From the IMG/VR virus record IMGVR_UViG_3300021124_000001: DNA of 64,000 nt. One strand, written 5' to 3'. Under the pieces are notes generated by a model, which saw only the letters and a program-made list of their open reading frames with translations, was not told where the DNA came from and made no database searches. Below are positions 19,923 through 31,151 of this stretch, one piece after another (positions within the stretch are counted from its first letter, which is position 1; each line of letters starts with the position of its first letter). Source of the stretch: a virus (lineage: Duplodnaviria; Caudoviricetes). The position numbers and the translations under genes are program-made.

Positions 19923-20786
19923 ATGTCTGGTATTTTTATGGTTGACGGTAAGTATGCGGCTAATATCAACGGCAAGATTGTAAAACGTGCTAATCGCCGT
20001 GCATTGGAGCGTATGTTAAAAGTAACTGATGCCGTTGTTGCACCCACTGAGTCCAAATTCTCTATTAACCAGCGTTTTGGTTTCGTCCGTGATATGGTTC
20101 AAATGCTTGCAAAAGGCGACCAAGCGTCCGTGGTTGTATCGGGACCTGGTGGTCTCGGTAAGTCACACACCGTATCAGCCGCTTTGACCGATGCCGGCTT
20201 CACTGATCTGTCCGTGCTTGACGAATTGGCTGATGGTGCCGTTGTGCCTGATAAATCTTTCCGTGTTGTTAAAGGTTATTCTACACCAAAAGGTTTATAT
20301 CGTGTTTTGTTTGAGAATCGTAATTCGGTTGTTGTATTTGATGACTGTGATTCGGTGCTCAAAGATCCAGTATCTCTTAACCTATTGAAAGCGGCTCTAG
20401 ATTCATATTCTCGCCGTATTATCTCTTGGCGTGCCGATACTCGTGATGAAGAATTGCCTAATGTGTTTGAATTTAAAGGCCGTGTTGTCTTTATCTCTAA
20501 CCTGTCGTCATCTTCATTGGATCAAGCCATTATCTCACGTTCACTAGCCGTTGACTTGTCTATGACTGCCAAACAAAAGGTTGAACGTATGCGATTCCTG
20601 CTTGACCAAAAAGACTTTATGCCTGAGTATGACAAACAACACAAGGTCGATGCAATGGACCTTATTGCTGAGTTATGCGATAATGTGAAAGAGTTGTCTT
20701 TGCGTACACTGATTCAGGTAACAAAGATTCGTAAATCTGCCGGTGCAAACTGGAAAGATTTGGCTGAATATGCTATTGTTGGTTGA
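19923..20786 (+). CDS. AAA+ ATPase
   Basis: Walker A GPGGLGKS, Walker B VVFDDCD, FISN, AIISR. Confidence 0.88.
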   Translation: MSGIFMVDGKYAANINGKIVKRANRRALERMLKVTDAVVAPTESKFSINQRFGFVRDMVQMLAKGDQASVVVSGPGGLGKSHTVSAALTDAGFTDLSVLDELADGAVVPDKSFRVVKGYSTPKGLYRVLFENRNSVVVFDDCDSVLKDPVSLNLLKAALDSYSRRIISWRADTRDEELPNVFEFKGRVVFISNLSSSSLDQAIISRSLAVDLSMTAKQKVERMRFLLDQKDFMPEYDKQHKVDAMDLIAELCDNVKELSLRTLIQVTKIRKSAGANWKDLAEYAIVG

Positions 20787-21279
20787 TTTTTTAAAGGATT
20801 TATTATGTTTGAACAAACTGTAATGCAAAAAATTGGACATTTATTGAAAGAAGGCGAAACTGCTGAATTTCATAATGGTACATTGTTTCTCAATTCAGGC
20901 CGACCAACGGCCAATGATGTTTATATTGAATTGTGTAACATTTATCGTAAACGATTTATAAATTTCAATATTGTTACTGAAGGTGAATATGCGTTTGACT
21001 TTACTGCGTGAGACTACAAAGTGGGCCGATGGTTCGGCCACCAACTTCATATATGCCTTTGTGGATAAACCGGGTAAACGGTTAGGTAATGCTGTTGGTT
21101 ATATCAATCACCTATCTGATGAGTATAAGGAATTTAGTAAGCCAATGGTGATTGATATGAAGGATAGGACCTTTGTAGAGGTAGGTAATATCAAATTTGA
21201 ATTGGATACACCTATTCATTGAAAGCGGCACACCGCTATCTTATACACCATTTTTAAAATTGTCAAGGTAACTTTTGGT

Positions 21280-24200
21280 ATGAATGAAAAAATTCAAAAA
21301 CTAATGGGTAAGGCTCTAGATAGCGAAATGCGGCGAACCTGGGATACCATGACTTACGGAGACCTATTACAGTTTAGTGAAAAGTTCGCCGAGTTGATTG
21401 TTCGGGAATGTATGTATGTAGGTCGCTTATCTCAGATTAACAACGGCCTTGTTGATTCAGATATCAAAGACCATTTTTACGGAGTTGAAGATGAACGAGA
21501 CTGAAATTAAATTACTAATCGTCGGCACCATTATGCTTGGAGCAGGCATGATGTGGTTGGGCAATATCTTAGGGAGATTAGCATGAGCAAAAGAATGAGA
21601 GAACTTGCCGAACAGGCTGGATTTCAATACATTAAAGATGAAGGCATTGGCTGGGCTGGAAATTACAATGACAGTTTACCCAAGTTCGCCGAGTTGATTG
21701 TTCGGGAATGTATCGGATGTTGTGAACAAGTTATTAGTGATCCTGTTCCTAACTATATTGACACTTGGTTAAATGGTGGTTCGCAATGTATTGACGAAAT
21801 TAAACAACATTTCGGAGTTGAACGATGAAAGTCATTATTGAAAAACCGGATGGATCACCATATCTCACAGTAAGTGATGATAGACTAATGGTGTCTGTTC
21901 AAATGCACGATTGTGTGTGGATAGGTGAGCCAGTAAAGATTCACTTTGACCGCAGAACCATACCAGCACTGATTGATGCGTTAAGCAGATTGAATCGTGG
22001 CGAACTTGACACAACCATTCGCACACACCACTTTAACCAGGATATAGAATGAAAAAGATACCAATGTTAGAACGGTTCGCCGCACAAAGTCTTGTTGAAC
22101 ACGATGGTGAGTTGATATTCAGCAAAGAAAAGTTCGCCGAGTTGATTGTGCGTGATACATTAGACCAAGTTGCTGAATTTAGTCGTCTAACAAAGGCATA
22201 TCAAACACAAGGCATTGATCCCGAGATTGATGTTACCCGAGAAGTTTTGAAAAACTATGGGTTTACAAGATTTCCCAGGAGTTGAAGAATGAACGAACGA
22301 ATTCGAGAACTTGCCGAACAGTCCAGAGAAAAGAAATATGATTACGGTGCTAGAGAAGGTGAAAGTCATTACATTTATGTATTCAATGAAGAAAAGTTCG
22401 CCGAGTTGATTGTCAAGGAATGTCAAACTCGTGTAGAACAATATATCTGTGATTGCGGCGAGATTGGTTCATTGCCTGATGCTGTGATTATGAAACATTT
22501 CGGAGTTGAAGAATGATTGATTACTTCCAAGCACTTAAAGAAATGCACCAGGGCAATGTGGTCAAATATGTGGGCACAGTAAATGGTAATGTGATGAGCG
22601 ATAATGGTGCCAGTTTTTGTATGTGTCGTGGTTGTATCTTTCGATTCGACGATGGAGTAATCAAGTGGAACAAGTTGGGATATATGGTTTACGATCCAGA
22701 CTACCGTTATGAACTAACAGGTGAAACTGTGGATCCAAGGGCATGGAAACCAGAAGAGACAAAAAAGCAAAAGGATAAAGAATGAAAGACGATGATGTAA
22801 GAAAAGAGATTAGGCGTATAATGGAAAATCGTAAACACTATTCAAACACAAATAACCCTATTGATTTTCCAAAAATACAGGCAGGCGCTGATATCCATGC
22901 AGGTGATGGTGGTTATAGTATAGGCACACAAGAAAAGTATGAGGAGTTCGCTAAGGCTCGCAATAAGTCATTAGCCAACGCAAGAATTAGAGAACTTGCT
23001 GAACAGGCTGGATCAACCCATAAACAAAATCTCGGAGTATATCAATTTTATACAGATGAATTGGAAAAGTTCGCCGAGTTGATTGTTCAGGAATGTATCG
23101 AGGTCGTGGGAGACTGTTCCGATCAATTTGCTACACGGTCGCAGATTACTGAAGAAATTAAAGAACATTTCGGAGTTGAAGAATGAAATCATATAATGCA
23201 GTAAACGATTTACACATGGCCATGGCTCACGCTATTTACGAGGGCTTTCCTGAATATGAATACGAAAGCCGTGATTTCAACAACCCGGATAGAAATGCCC
23301 GAGTGGTTAAAAAAACACGCCACACCGAATACAATCTAACAGTCAAGGCCATGTTTCCTCAAGTCTGGAGTTCAACTGCGCTGGGCTTTGGTGGCATTGG
23401 TGGACAGGCTATTACTACCGCATATACCACGGTGGTAGAAAGCGACATTGACTCAAGTTGTTGTGTGTATTTTGGTGGACAATTTGCTTACCGTATTGAA
23501 CGACCTAATACTCAATTCTTTGAGGACCTGTCCAAACAACAAATGACCAAGGTGTCGGAAGCAAAGAAAAGATATGAACGAACGAATTGAAAAACTTGTC
23601 GAACAGGCTACTATTAAAACTTCTCATCGGTATATTACTTGGGGAAATACGGTTGCTACTCAGTCCGAAGAAGTCTTTGACAAGGAAAAGTTCGCCGAGT
23701 TGATTGTTCGGGAATGTGCTAAAATTTGTATTGAACAGAATGTATCCAACCTTGATTTAGATGTTATTCGTGAGTCTGGCAAATTTACTTTACAGGATCT
23801 TGCTACCAAATCGTGTGGTGAGAATTTGTCTAAACAGATTAGGAAACATTTCGGAGTTGAAGAATGAACTATTTTATTGTTGGGCTGGTCATTGGACTTA
23901 TTCCAGGTATGTGTGTAGCGGCTAATTATCATTACAAAAAATGGAGAAATTCTAAATGAACGAACTAATCAATAACTTAAGGCTTGATGCTGGAATAGCA
24001 CAACTCAAAGATGATCCACGATTAGTGGTAATTGATCGTGAAGGCAATGTGATTGATCCATTGATTGGGTTAGAAAAGTTCGCTGAGTTGCTTGTTCGAG
24101 AATGTGCTAATATTGCCACGATAAATCAATATCAATCCTACACTCCTGGTCATTATATTTTGAATCATTTCGGAGTTGAAGAATGAACGAAGACGAACGA

Positions 24201-24454
24201 GCAGGTTGGTGGGCTGTTGTATGCCTATTGATGGTTGGTGCGGCCGCCTACTTTACGATTTTTATGATCGTTTTCAGTTTGTTAAAACATTTTTTCGGAG
24301 TTGAATGATGGACGCATTTGATTTTATATGGAATGCAGACCAAGAATCCAAAATCAATCAACTTGAAAAACGTATTGAACAGTTGGAAAAACAGAATGAA
24401 GTCCTATGTGAATGTATTTTATATTTCAAACAAAAATTAGGAGTTGAAGAATGA
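21280..24454 (+). repeat. Core of the cassette-like ORF array: family members at 21280, 21583, 22049, 22289, 22782, 23574 and 23956, interleaved with unrelated ORFs at 21825, 22513, 23183, 24183 and 24305
   Basis: Recurrent DNA motifs CATTTCGGAGTTGAAGAATGA, AAGTTCGCCGAGTTGATTGT and ATGAACGAACGAATT. Confidence 0.9.
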
Positions 24455-24918
24455 AACCTAAATTGTATATGTTAATTGGTGTACCCGGTTCTGGTAAGAC
24501 CACATGGATTTCCAAACAAGAATGGGCCAAAGATTGTTGTATCGTATCAACCGACAAATATGTTGAAGAATATGCCATGATGCAGGGCAAAACATATTCT
24601 GAAGTATTCCAAGAGTTTATGCCCACGGCTGTAGAGTTGATGACTGATAATGTTAGACTCGCAAGGGAAGATAACCAAGATGTTATTTGGGATCAAACCT
24701 CAACCACAGTATCAACCAGACGGAAAAAGTTTGCATTGTTGCCTGACCATTATGCCATTGCAGTAGTATTCCGTACACCGAGCCGTGATGAATTGGATGT
24801 CCGACTATCTGGACGCCCAGGCAAACACATTCCTAAAGAAGTGGTTGATTCTATGATTGCAAAGTGGGAAGAACCAACCGAAGATGAGGGCTTCAGTGAA
24901 ATTTGGTACGTCAATTAA
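24451..24918 (+). CDS. P-loop kinase (AAA_33, polynucleotide-kinase-like)
   Basis: GVPGSGKTT, STD, WDQT, R..R. Confidence 0.85.
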   Translation: MKPKLYMLIGVPGSGKTTWISKQEWAKDCCIVSTDKYVEEYAMMQGKTYSEVFQEFMPTAVELMTDNVRLAREDNQDVIWDQTSTTVSTRRKKFALLPDHYAIAVVFRTPSRDELDVRLSGRPGKHIPKEVVDSMIAKWEEPTEDEGFSEIWYVN

Positions 24919-24922
24919 GCCC

Positions 24923-24951
24923 TTGACAAATGCCACAAAGTGGTATACAAT
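24923..24951 (+). promoter_or_regulatory. Sigma70-type promoter
   Basis: TTGACA-N17-TACAAT. Confidence 0.7.
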
Positions 24952-25158
24952 GGTCACACAAACTAAGGAGTTCCAATGGGTAAGATGAAAGAAGTTGTTG
25001 ATAGAATCTTGGACTTGGTTCAAAATGATTATGATGATGAGGCCATTGCATTGATTGTTGGTGTGGACATCACAATTGTTGAACAAGTCAAACGCAATTC
25101 TGGTCTTTATGAAGAACCAAAAGACATAATTGAAAAATACTAATTTATGGAAATCGCA

Positions 25159-26298
25159 ATGAACAAAAATCAAAAAGCATTTATCTCTGCATCTGAGCGT
25201 AAACATGGCCGTGGTGCCACATTGACTCGTGACCAGATCAACGACATTGTTGAAGAAACTGGTTTGTCATTCCCATTCTGGTTGACCACAAAGTCTGAAT
25301 ATCGTGCTGGCCGTGGGCAGTATGAAGTGCCTACATTGGGCAATACACCTGTCGAGGTAGAATCTCCTGAGTTGGCTACTGTTGACCTTGCACAAGTTAT
25401 GGTTCTGCGCCAGCCTAAACTGAAAGATGAATCTGATACCTCTATCCCTGAAAAGTACCCTGATTATGTCCCTTTTGGATTTTTTAAAGATTTACGGAAC
25501 ATTGTTAAATCCTCTCTATTTTATCCTGTGTTTATTACTGGTCTTTCTGGTAATGGTAAAACCCTCATGGTTGAACAAGTTTGTGCCGAACTCCAAAGAG
25601 AGTGCATCCGTGTCAATATTAGTATCGAAACTGACGAAAGCGATTTGTTGGGTGGTCCTACTCTTGTCAATGGCAACGTTGTTAACCGTGATGGTCCTGT
25701 CATTATCGCTATGAAGCGTGGTGCCATTCTATTGATTGACGAAGTTGACCGTGGTTCTAATAAACTAATGTGCTTGCAAGGTATTCTTGAGGGTAAGCCA
25801 TACTACAACAAGAAATCTGGTGAGTTGGTGCATCCTGCTCCTGGCTTCAACATCATTGCTACTGCTAACACTAAAGGCCGTGGTTCTGATGAGGGCAAGT
25901 ATCTATCTCAGATTCTTGATGATGCATTCTTGGAACGTTTCCCTATTACTGTAGAACAGGAATATCCTGACAGCAGAACAGAGACTAAGATTCTTACACC
26001 ATTGATTAAGGACGAAGACTTTGTTAAGTGCCTTGTTATGTGGGCTGAAGTGGTCCGTAAGTCATTCGATGAAGATGCAACCGATGAAGTTATCTCTACT
26101 CGCCGTTTGGTGCATATTGCAAAAGCATATGAAATCTTTGGTGAACGTATGAAGGCTATCAAATTGTGTGTGAATCGTTTCGATGAAGAAACCAAGACTG
26201 CATTCCTTGACCTGTATACAAAAGTTGATGCAAAGATCAATGCACCTGAAGCGCCTGCTGTTCCAACGCCAAAAGTTGATGAAGAAATTCCATTTTAA
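25159..26298 (+). CDS. MoxR-family AAA ATPase (phage CobS-like)
   Basis: GLSGNGKT, LLIDEVD, TANTKGRG, LDDAFLERF, ISTRRL. Confidence 0.92.
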   Translation: MNKNQKAFISASERKHGRGATLTRDQINDIVEETGLSFPFWLTTKSEYRAGRGQYEVPTLGNTPVEVESPELATVDLAQVMVLRQPKLKDESDTSIPEKYPDYVPFGFFKDLRNIVKSSLFYPVFITGLSGNGKTLMVEQVCAELQRECIRVNISIETDESDLLGGPTLVNGNVVNRDGPVIIAMKRGAILLIDEVDRGSNKLMCLQGILEGKPYYNKKSGELVHPAPGFNIIATANTKGRGSDEGKYLSQILDDAFLERFPITVEQEYPDSRTETKILTPLIKDEDFVKCLVMWAEVVRKSFDEDATDEVISTRRLVHIAKAYEIFGERMKAIKLCVNRFDEETKTAFLDLYTKVDAKINAPEAPAVPTPKVDEEIPF

Positions 26299-26308
26299 GG
26301 AGTGAGTT

Positions 26309-26656
26309 ATGATTAAGAAAATTCGTACAGGCAAACAAAATCGTCATGAAAAAATTACTGTTGCTTTGTTATCGGGTAAGCCAGTGGCTCCTGATGATAT
26401 TAAAGCGTTGTTTAAGGGCACTGACCAAGAAGCCGTGTTGTACCGACTGAGTACAAACATCTATAATATTCGGCGTGATGGTGGTATCATACGTGTTCAA
26501 AAAAATGGGCGAGCGGTATCATCCTATCAATTGATGAACCCACAAGATTTCAATGCCGATGGCCGTTTTGTTGGTCGTAAATCAGCCGAATCAGTAAATA
26601 AAACTGTTGAAGTTAATCCAACAGAAATCATTGTAGATGAATTGGAAACAGTATGA
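26309..26656 (+). CDS. Putative winged-helix DNA-binding protein
   Basis: YRLSTNIYNIRRDGG.I......YQL pattern. Confidence 0.55.
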   Translation: MIKKIRTGKQNRHEKITVALLSGKPVAPDDIKALFKGTDQEAVLYRLSTNIYNIRRDGGIIRVQKNGRAVSSYQLMNPQDFNADGRFVGRKSAESVNKTVEVNPTEIIVDELETV

Positions 26657-27030
26657 ACGAAAAAGGTATAGTGATTCCTTATGAAGTGGCTGATGGTATT
26701 ATTTTGGCTGGTTTGATTGACCAACGTGCATACCTCACTGAAGAATTGCGAGCAAATGAGGAAGAACTCTCGTGGTTGCATCCTGAAGATATTGTCCGTA
26801 ACAAGAAACTTATCAAGGCATTGACAAAGATTATCCATTACTATGGAGGTGAATGATGAGTTCACTTGATGCTTTGAGAATTGTTTTTGGTCTTTCTTGT
26901 TTTATTGGTGCAACTGTCGGTTTGTATAATCAAGAATGGATGATGTCTTGTGCTTACTCTTTGTTCTATATTGCATTTGAGTTTGGTAATAAGATAGAAG
27001 AATAAATATTAAATTTGATGGTGAACAACA

Positions 27031-27252
27031 ATGAAAGAACGTATTAAAGAAATTGCGTTGCAGGCTGGTGGTAGCCATTACCCTGATGTTGGTGGCGATC
27101 TATTACAGAAGTTTGCAGACCTATTGATTGATGAATGTATTAGAGCAATACAAGAAACACCTAATCATCATTGCTACACTAGTTTTGATATTGCACAATC
27201 TGATGGTACTAAGGCTGAATGTATTGAACACATTAAAAAAATTCTAATGTAA
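27031..27252 (+). CDS. Diverged MKERI/KFADLLI family member
   Basis: MKERIKEIALQAG...KFADLLIDEC. Confidence 0.75.
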   Translation: MKERIKEIALQAGGSHYPDVGGDLLQKFADLLIDECIRAIQETPNHHCYTSFDIAQSDGTKAECIEHIKKILM

Positions 27253-27537
27253 GGAAATTAAATGGATCGATTAACAGAACACGACTTACGTAATGTTAGA
27301 TTTTTGATGTCATTGGGTAGTATTGGTCTGATGAGATTCATGCAACAAGCCAGCGAAGATGATATTCGTTATGCGAATGAGATTATGAGAATGTATAAAA
27401 GGGAAATGGAAGAGGCAGGCAGTAGGTTCACAGAAGATTCGTTCCTATCCCACAATCACAATGAGATTGAAGATTTTAGTGATGCAAAGTTGGTTCTGAA
27501 AAAGTTTATGTTAAACAAGTGATACGGAGATTATATT

Positions 27538-27855
27538 ATGACTGCAAGTGAAATTAAATTAGAATCTGATAAAGTAACGGCGGAGTTGTTTGCTGATGAA
27601 GTGGCCCGCCAATGGCTTAAGAGTTGCCTGAACACCTCTATTTGCACTATCACCTTCACCAAGAAAAATGGTGATGAGCGTGTTATGAAGTGCACACTGG
27701 ACGAACAACATTTCCCACCAATCCAAAAAGAAGCCGCAGAGGTCGGTGAAGTTCGTCAGAAATCCAAGGACGCCCTGGCCGTTTTTGACATCGAGGCTCA
27801 AGCATGGCGTTCATTCCGTTGGGATTCCATCAAACGATTTGAAATGGCGCTATGA
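27538..27855 (+). CDS. WYL_2/Sm-like SH3-fold protein
   Basis: FTKKNG.ER.M.CTL, VFD.E...WRSFR. Confidence 0.8.
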   Translation: MTASEIKLESDKVTAELFADEVARQWLKSCLNTSICTITFTKKNGDERVMKCTLDEQHFPPIQKEAAEVGEVRQKSKDALAVFDIEAQAWRSFRWDSIKRFEMAL

Positions 27856-28002
27856 AAGATACCCTTGACATTGCACTGGTACTGTGTTACAATCTAGCCA
27901 TACTTGCCGGCACTGCATACCTTGTGGAATTCCACAATTGGTCAGGCTGGTGGTTCCTTATGACACTCTGCTTCATGGTAAGCATTAAAACGGACGATTA
28001 AA

Positions 28003-28836
28003 ATGAAATTTGCACTATGCTCAGACCTCCATTTGGAGTTTGAAACACTTGAATTGAACAACACCGAAGGTGCTGATGTATTGGTGCTGTCCGGTGATAT
28101 TTGCCTTGCTAAAGATTTGTGGCATAAAAATACTGAGCGCAGTGAAATCTGGATGAAATTCTTTACTCATTGCTCTGAACAATTCAAAGATGTGATTTAC
28201 ATTATGGGTAACCATGAGCATTATCATGGTGACTTTGCTAAATCATATAATCAATTAAAAGAAGCATTGGCTGAACTGCCTAACATTCATGTGATGGAAA
28301 AAGAATTCATTCACATTGGTGATGTGACCTTTATCGCAGGTACTCTTTGGACTGATATGAACAAAGAAGACCCTAGTACCTTGTTTGGTATCAAGGGTTA
28401 CATGAATGATTATCGTATCATTGAAGACTCTGCACGTCCTGTTCACTTCCGTGATTCTGATGGTAACTTCCACACTCGCACATCTAAGTTTAGTCCTGAA
28501 CAGTCTGTTGAAGAACACAAGGCCATGTTGAAAGTGATTGATGAAGTCACTAAAGATAATGTCACTGGAAAGTTTGTGGTTGTTGGACATCATGCACCAT
28601 CTAAAATGTCCACTAAGCCAAAATATCAAGGTGATGTAATGGTCAATGGTGCATATAGTTCCGACTTGTCAGACTTTATCTTGGATCGTCCTATGATTAA
28701 AGTATGGACTCATGGCCATACACATGATACGTTCGATTATATGATTGGTTCCACTCGTATTGTTTGCCGGCCGAGAGGATATGCAAACTATGAAGATGTT
28801 GCCGATACTTTTAAATTGCAGTATATTGAGGTTTGA
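28003..28836 (+). CDS. Calcineurin-like metallophosphoesterase
   Basis: SDLH, GD, GNHE, HH, HGHTH. Confidence 0.92.
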   Translation: MKFALCSDLHLEFETLELNNTEGADVLVLSGDICLAKDLWHKNTERSEIWMKFFTHCSEQFKDVIYIMGNHEHYHGDFAKSYNQLKEALAELPNIHVMEKEFIHIGDVTFIAGTLWTDMNKEDPSTLFGIKGYMNDYRIIEDSARPVHFRDSDGNFHTRTSKFSPEQSVEEHKAMLKVIDEVTKDNVTGKFVVVGHHAPSKMSTKPKYQGDVMVNGAYSSDLSDFILDRPMIKVWTHGHTHDTFDYMIGSTRIVCRPRGYANYEDVADTFKLQYIEV

Positions 28837-28837
28837 T

Positions 28838-29970
28838 ATGGCCATCGAAAAAGCCAAACCATCTCGTGAAGAAATCAAGGAAAATGCTCAACTTCAAATG
28901 GAAGAAGACATTGCCAATTGGAAAAAACTATACAATGAACATATCGATAAAGATATGTTGGATGAAGATGGTTATCCGACAGATGATGCATTGATTATTA
29001 TTGAGAATTGGTATTGGAATGATCCAAAAGGTTGGTTTGAGTTTATCAAATCACTTTGGCATCTGAGTTCATGGGGTTGGGGTGAGGGTGAAGAACCACA
29101 CGACTGGCGGAAAGATGAAATGTGTTATCGCTATCACATCTCCACTGCCGGTTGGTCTGGCAATGAAGCAATCATACATGCAATGCAAAAGAATGATTGG
29201 ATGTGGCATCTTAATTGGGTACAATCACGCCGTGGTGGCCACTATATTTTTGAATTGAAAGAAATTACATGAAAGTCTACATCTCAAACTATCGTAATCA
29301 TTGGTTAAGCCCATACACTATTCTAAAGAATGTGTGTTTTTGGGAAAAAGATCATGACGTATTCTATGACCTTGAAGAAAAAGGTAGCAAGTATACCAAA
29401 TGGGTAAACTTTCTTAATCCAATTTGCCAAGCATGGCAGAAGTTCTTAGACATCGTGCACCCAAGAATCAATTATGTGAAGATTGACAACTACGACACAT
29501 GGAACATGGACGGCACATTGACACCAATCATTCTACCGATGTTGAAGCAATTGAAGGCAACTAAACATGGTTCTGCTCCTGTTGATATGGAAGATGTTCC
29601 AGAATCAATGAGAACGATTGACCATGAAGAATATGAAGATCAAAAATCTTTTGACTTCTACCATGATCCAGATTTACAAAAGGTTCAATGTGATATTCAC
29701 GACCGTTGGGATTGGGTCTTGGATGAAATGATTTTTGCGTTCGAACACCTTGCTGATGATTCATGGCAAGATGCTTACCGTAGTGGTGTTATGGATTGGG
29801 GAAGCAAAGCGTGTGAATGGAACGAAAATGGCAAAGCAACCATGTTCCAAATGGTTGAAGGTCCAAACCATACATATAAATGTGACTATGATGGAATGAA
29901 AGTAGTTGAAGACCGTATTAATAATGGTTTGAGACTTTTTGGCCGGTATTTTAGAGGATTGTGGGACTAA
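28838..29970 (+). CDS. Two hypothetical proteins (28838-29272, 29269-29970)
   Basis: Coupled ORFs; STAGWSGNE and GLRLFG.YF..LWD phage motifs. Confidence 0.75.
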
Positions 29971-29971
29971 T

Positions 29972-30387
29972 ATGAACGAACGAATTAAAGAACTTGCTAT
30001 AGAGGCTGGGATGATTGTAGGTGAGGCAAATGGATTTGACATGACACGGTTGATGCCCAGAGAAGTAAAGTTCGCCGAGTTGATTGTGAAGGAATGTGTG
30101 GGCATTTACAACAAACTTGATAATGGTAATCAACATCTTGGCACTGACGATTACTTGGAAGCATTACAAAAACATTTCGGAGTAAAGTAATGAATGCCGA
30201 ACGAGTTACAAACAAGAGATTAAACCGTAATGGATGGTACTGGGCAGTAAAGTTTGCTGACCCAGCGGATGCTGATGACCTAATCGCAACTTTGCCATTG
30301 GGCACAAAAGGATACTACCGGGCCAAGGGGCATACTGCTCGACCACATTGGGTTTTAGTTAAAAATACTTTCGGAGTTGAAGAATGA
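29972..30387 (+). CDS. Family member (29972-30190) plus an unrelated ORF ending FGVEE (30190-30387)
   Basis: Constant DNA blocks present. Confidence 0.8.
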
Positions 30388-30614
30388 AATCTCTCTTTAA
30401 ACAAACAAAGGTTGTGTATGATGCACACATGCAAGAATATGTTGTATTCTATAAGAATTGGTTGTTTTGGAAACATGAATGGACATATAAAGTATCTGAG
30501 TATCTTCCTGATGAAAGAGCAAAAGAACTTGCTGTAACCAGAGCAAAGAATATGTTAGATACCGTTGAAGTGTATCGTAGTCCCAAACCAGTATATTATT
30601 GTTAAGGATAAAAA

Positions 30615-31019
30615 ATGATTGAATGTCTAGTAATCGGTGACTCTATTGCCGTAGGTACTCACATGATGAGGCCCGAATGTGTTGCATATGCACAGACAGG
30701 TATCACCTCACATGGATGGAACAAAAAGTTCGGCAATAAAGACCTGTCCGCAAATACCGTTATCATTAGCCTAAGCACAAATGACTTGACAAGTGCAGAC
30801 ACATATGGTACACTGATGAACATTCGCACCAAAATCTTAGGTAACCCTAAAGTATTTTGGATTGAACCTAATCGTGAATCGAGGTTTGAGGCTGTTCAAA
30901 TTGTTCGCCGTGTTGCACATGAATTTGGTGATACTGTTTTAGTCAACACCAAATGGGCAAGAGACCACATTCATCCAACGACAACAGGTTATAGGGAACT
31001 TGCAAATAGCACAAAATGA
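30615..31019 (+). CDS. SGNH/GDSL hydrolase
   Basis: GDSIA, STND, DHIHP. Confidence 0.85.
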   Translation: MIECLVIGDSIAVGTHMMRPECVAYAQTGITSHGWNKKFGNKDLSANTVIISLSTNDLTSADTYGTLMNIRTKILGNPKVFWIEPNRESRFEAVQIVRRVAHEFGDTVLVNTKWARDHIHPTTTGYRELANSTK

Positions 31020-31151
31020 CTGACCAGCAATTAGAAGAAATTGGCCGTGATTTAGTAAAGATGTTTGGTGACTCTTTACCTAATCCTGAACAAGAACCAA
31101 TCAGGTTCAAATACTACATAAACTTGTTATTCTATATGAAAAGGAACGGCT

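Noticed and set aside
21280-24454. CRISPR array or diversity-generating retroelement as the explanation for the 20-21 nt repeats
   Set aside because: Spacing is irregular (about 100-700 nt), the repeats lie in coding frames, the variable parts are unalignable rather than adenine-specific variants, and no cas operon or reverse transcriptase is in the window.
25159-26298. Cobalamin biosynthesis gene cobS
   Set aside because: The motifs identify a MoxR AAA ATPase, with no cobN or other cob genes nearby.
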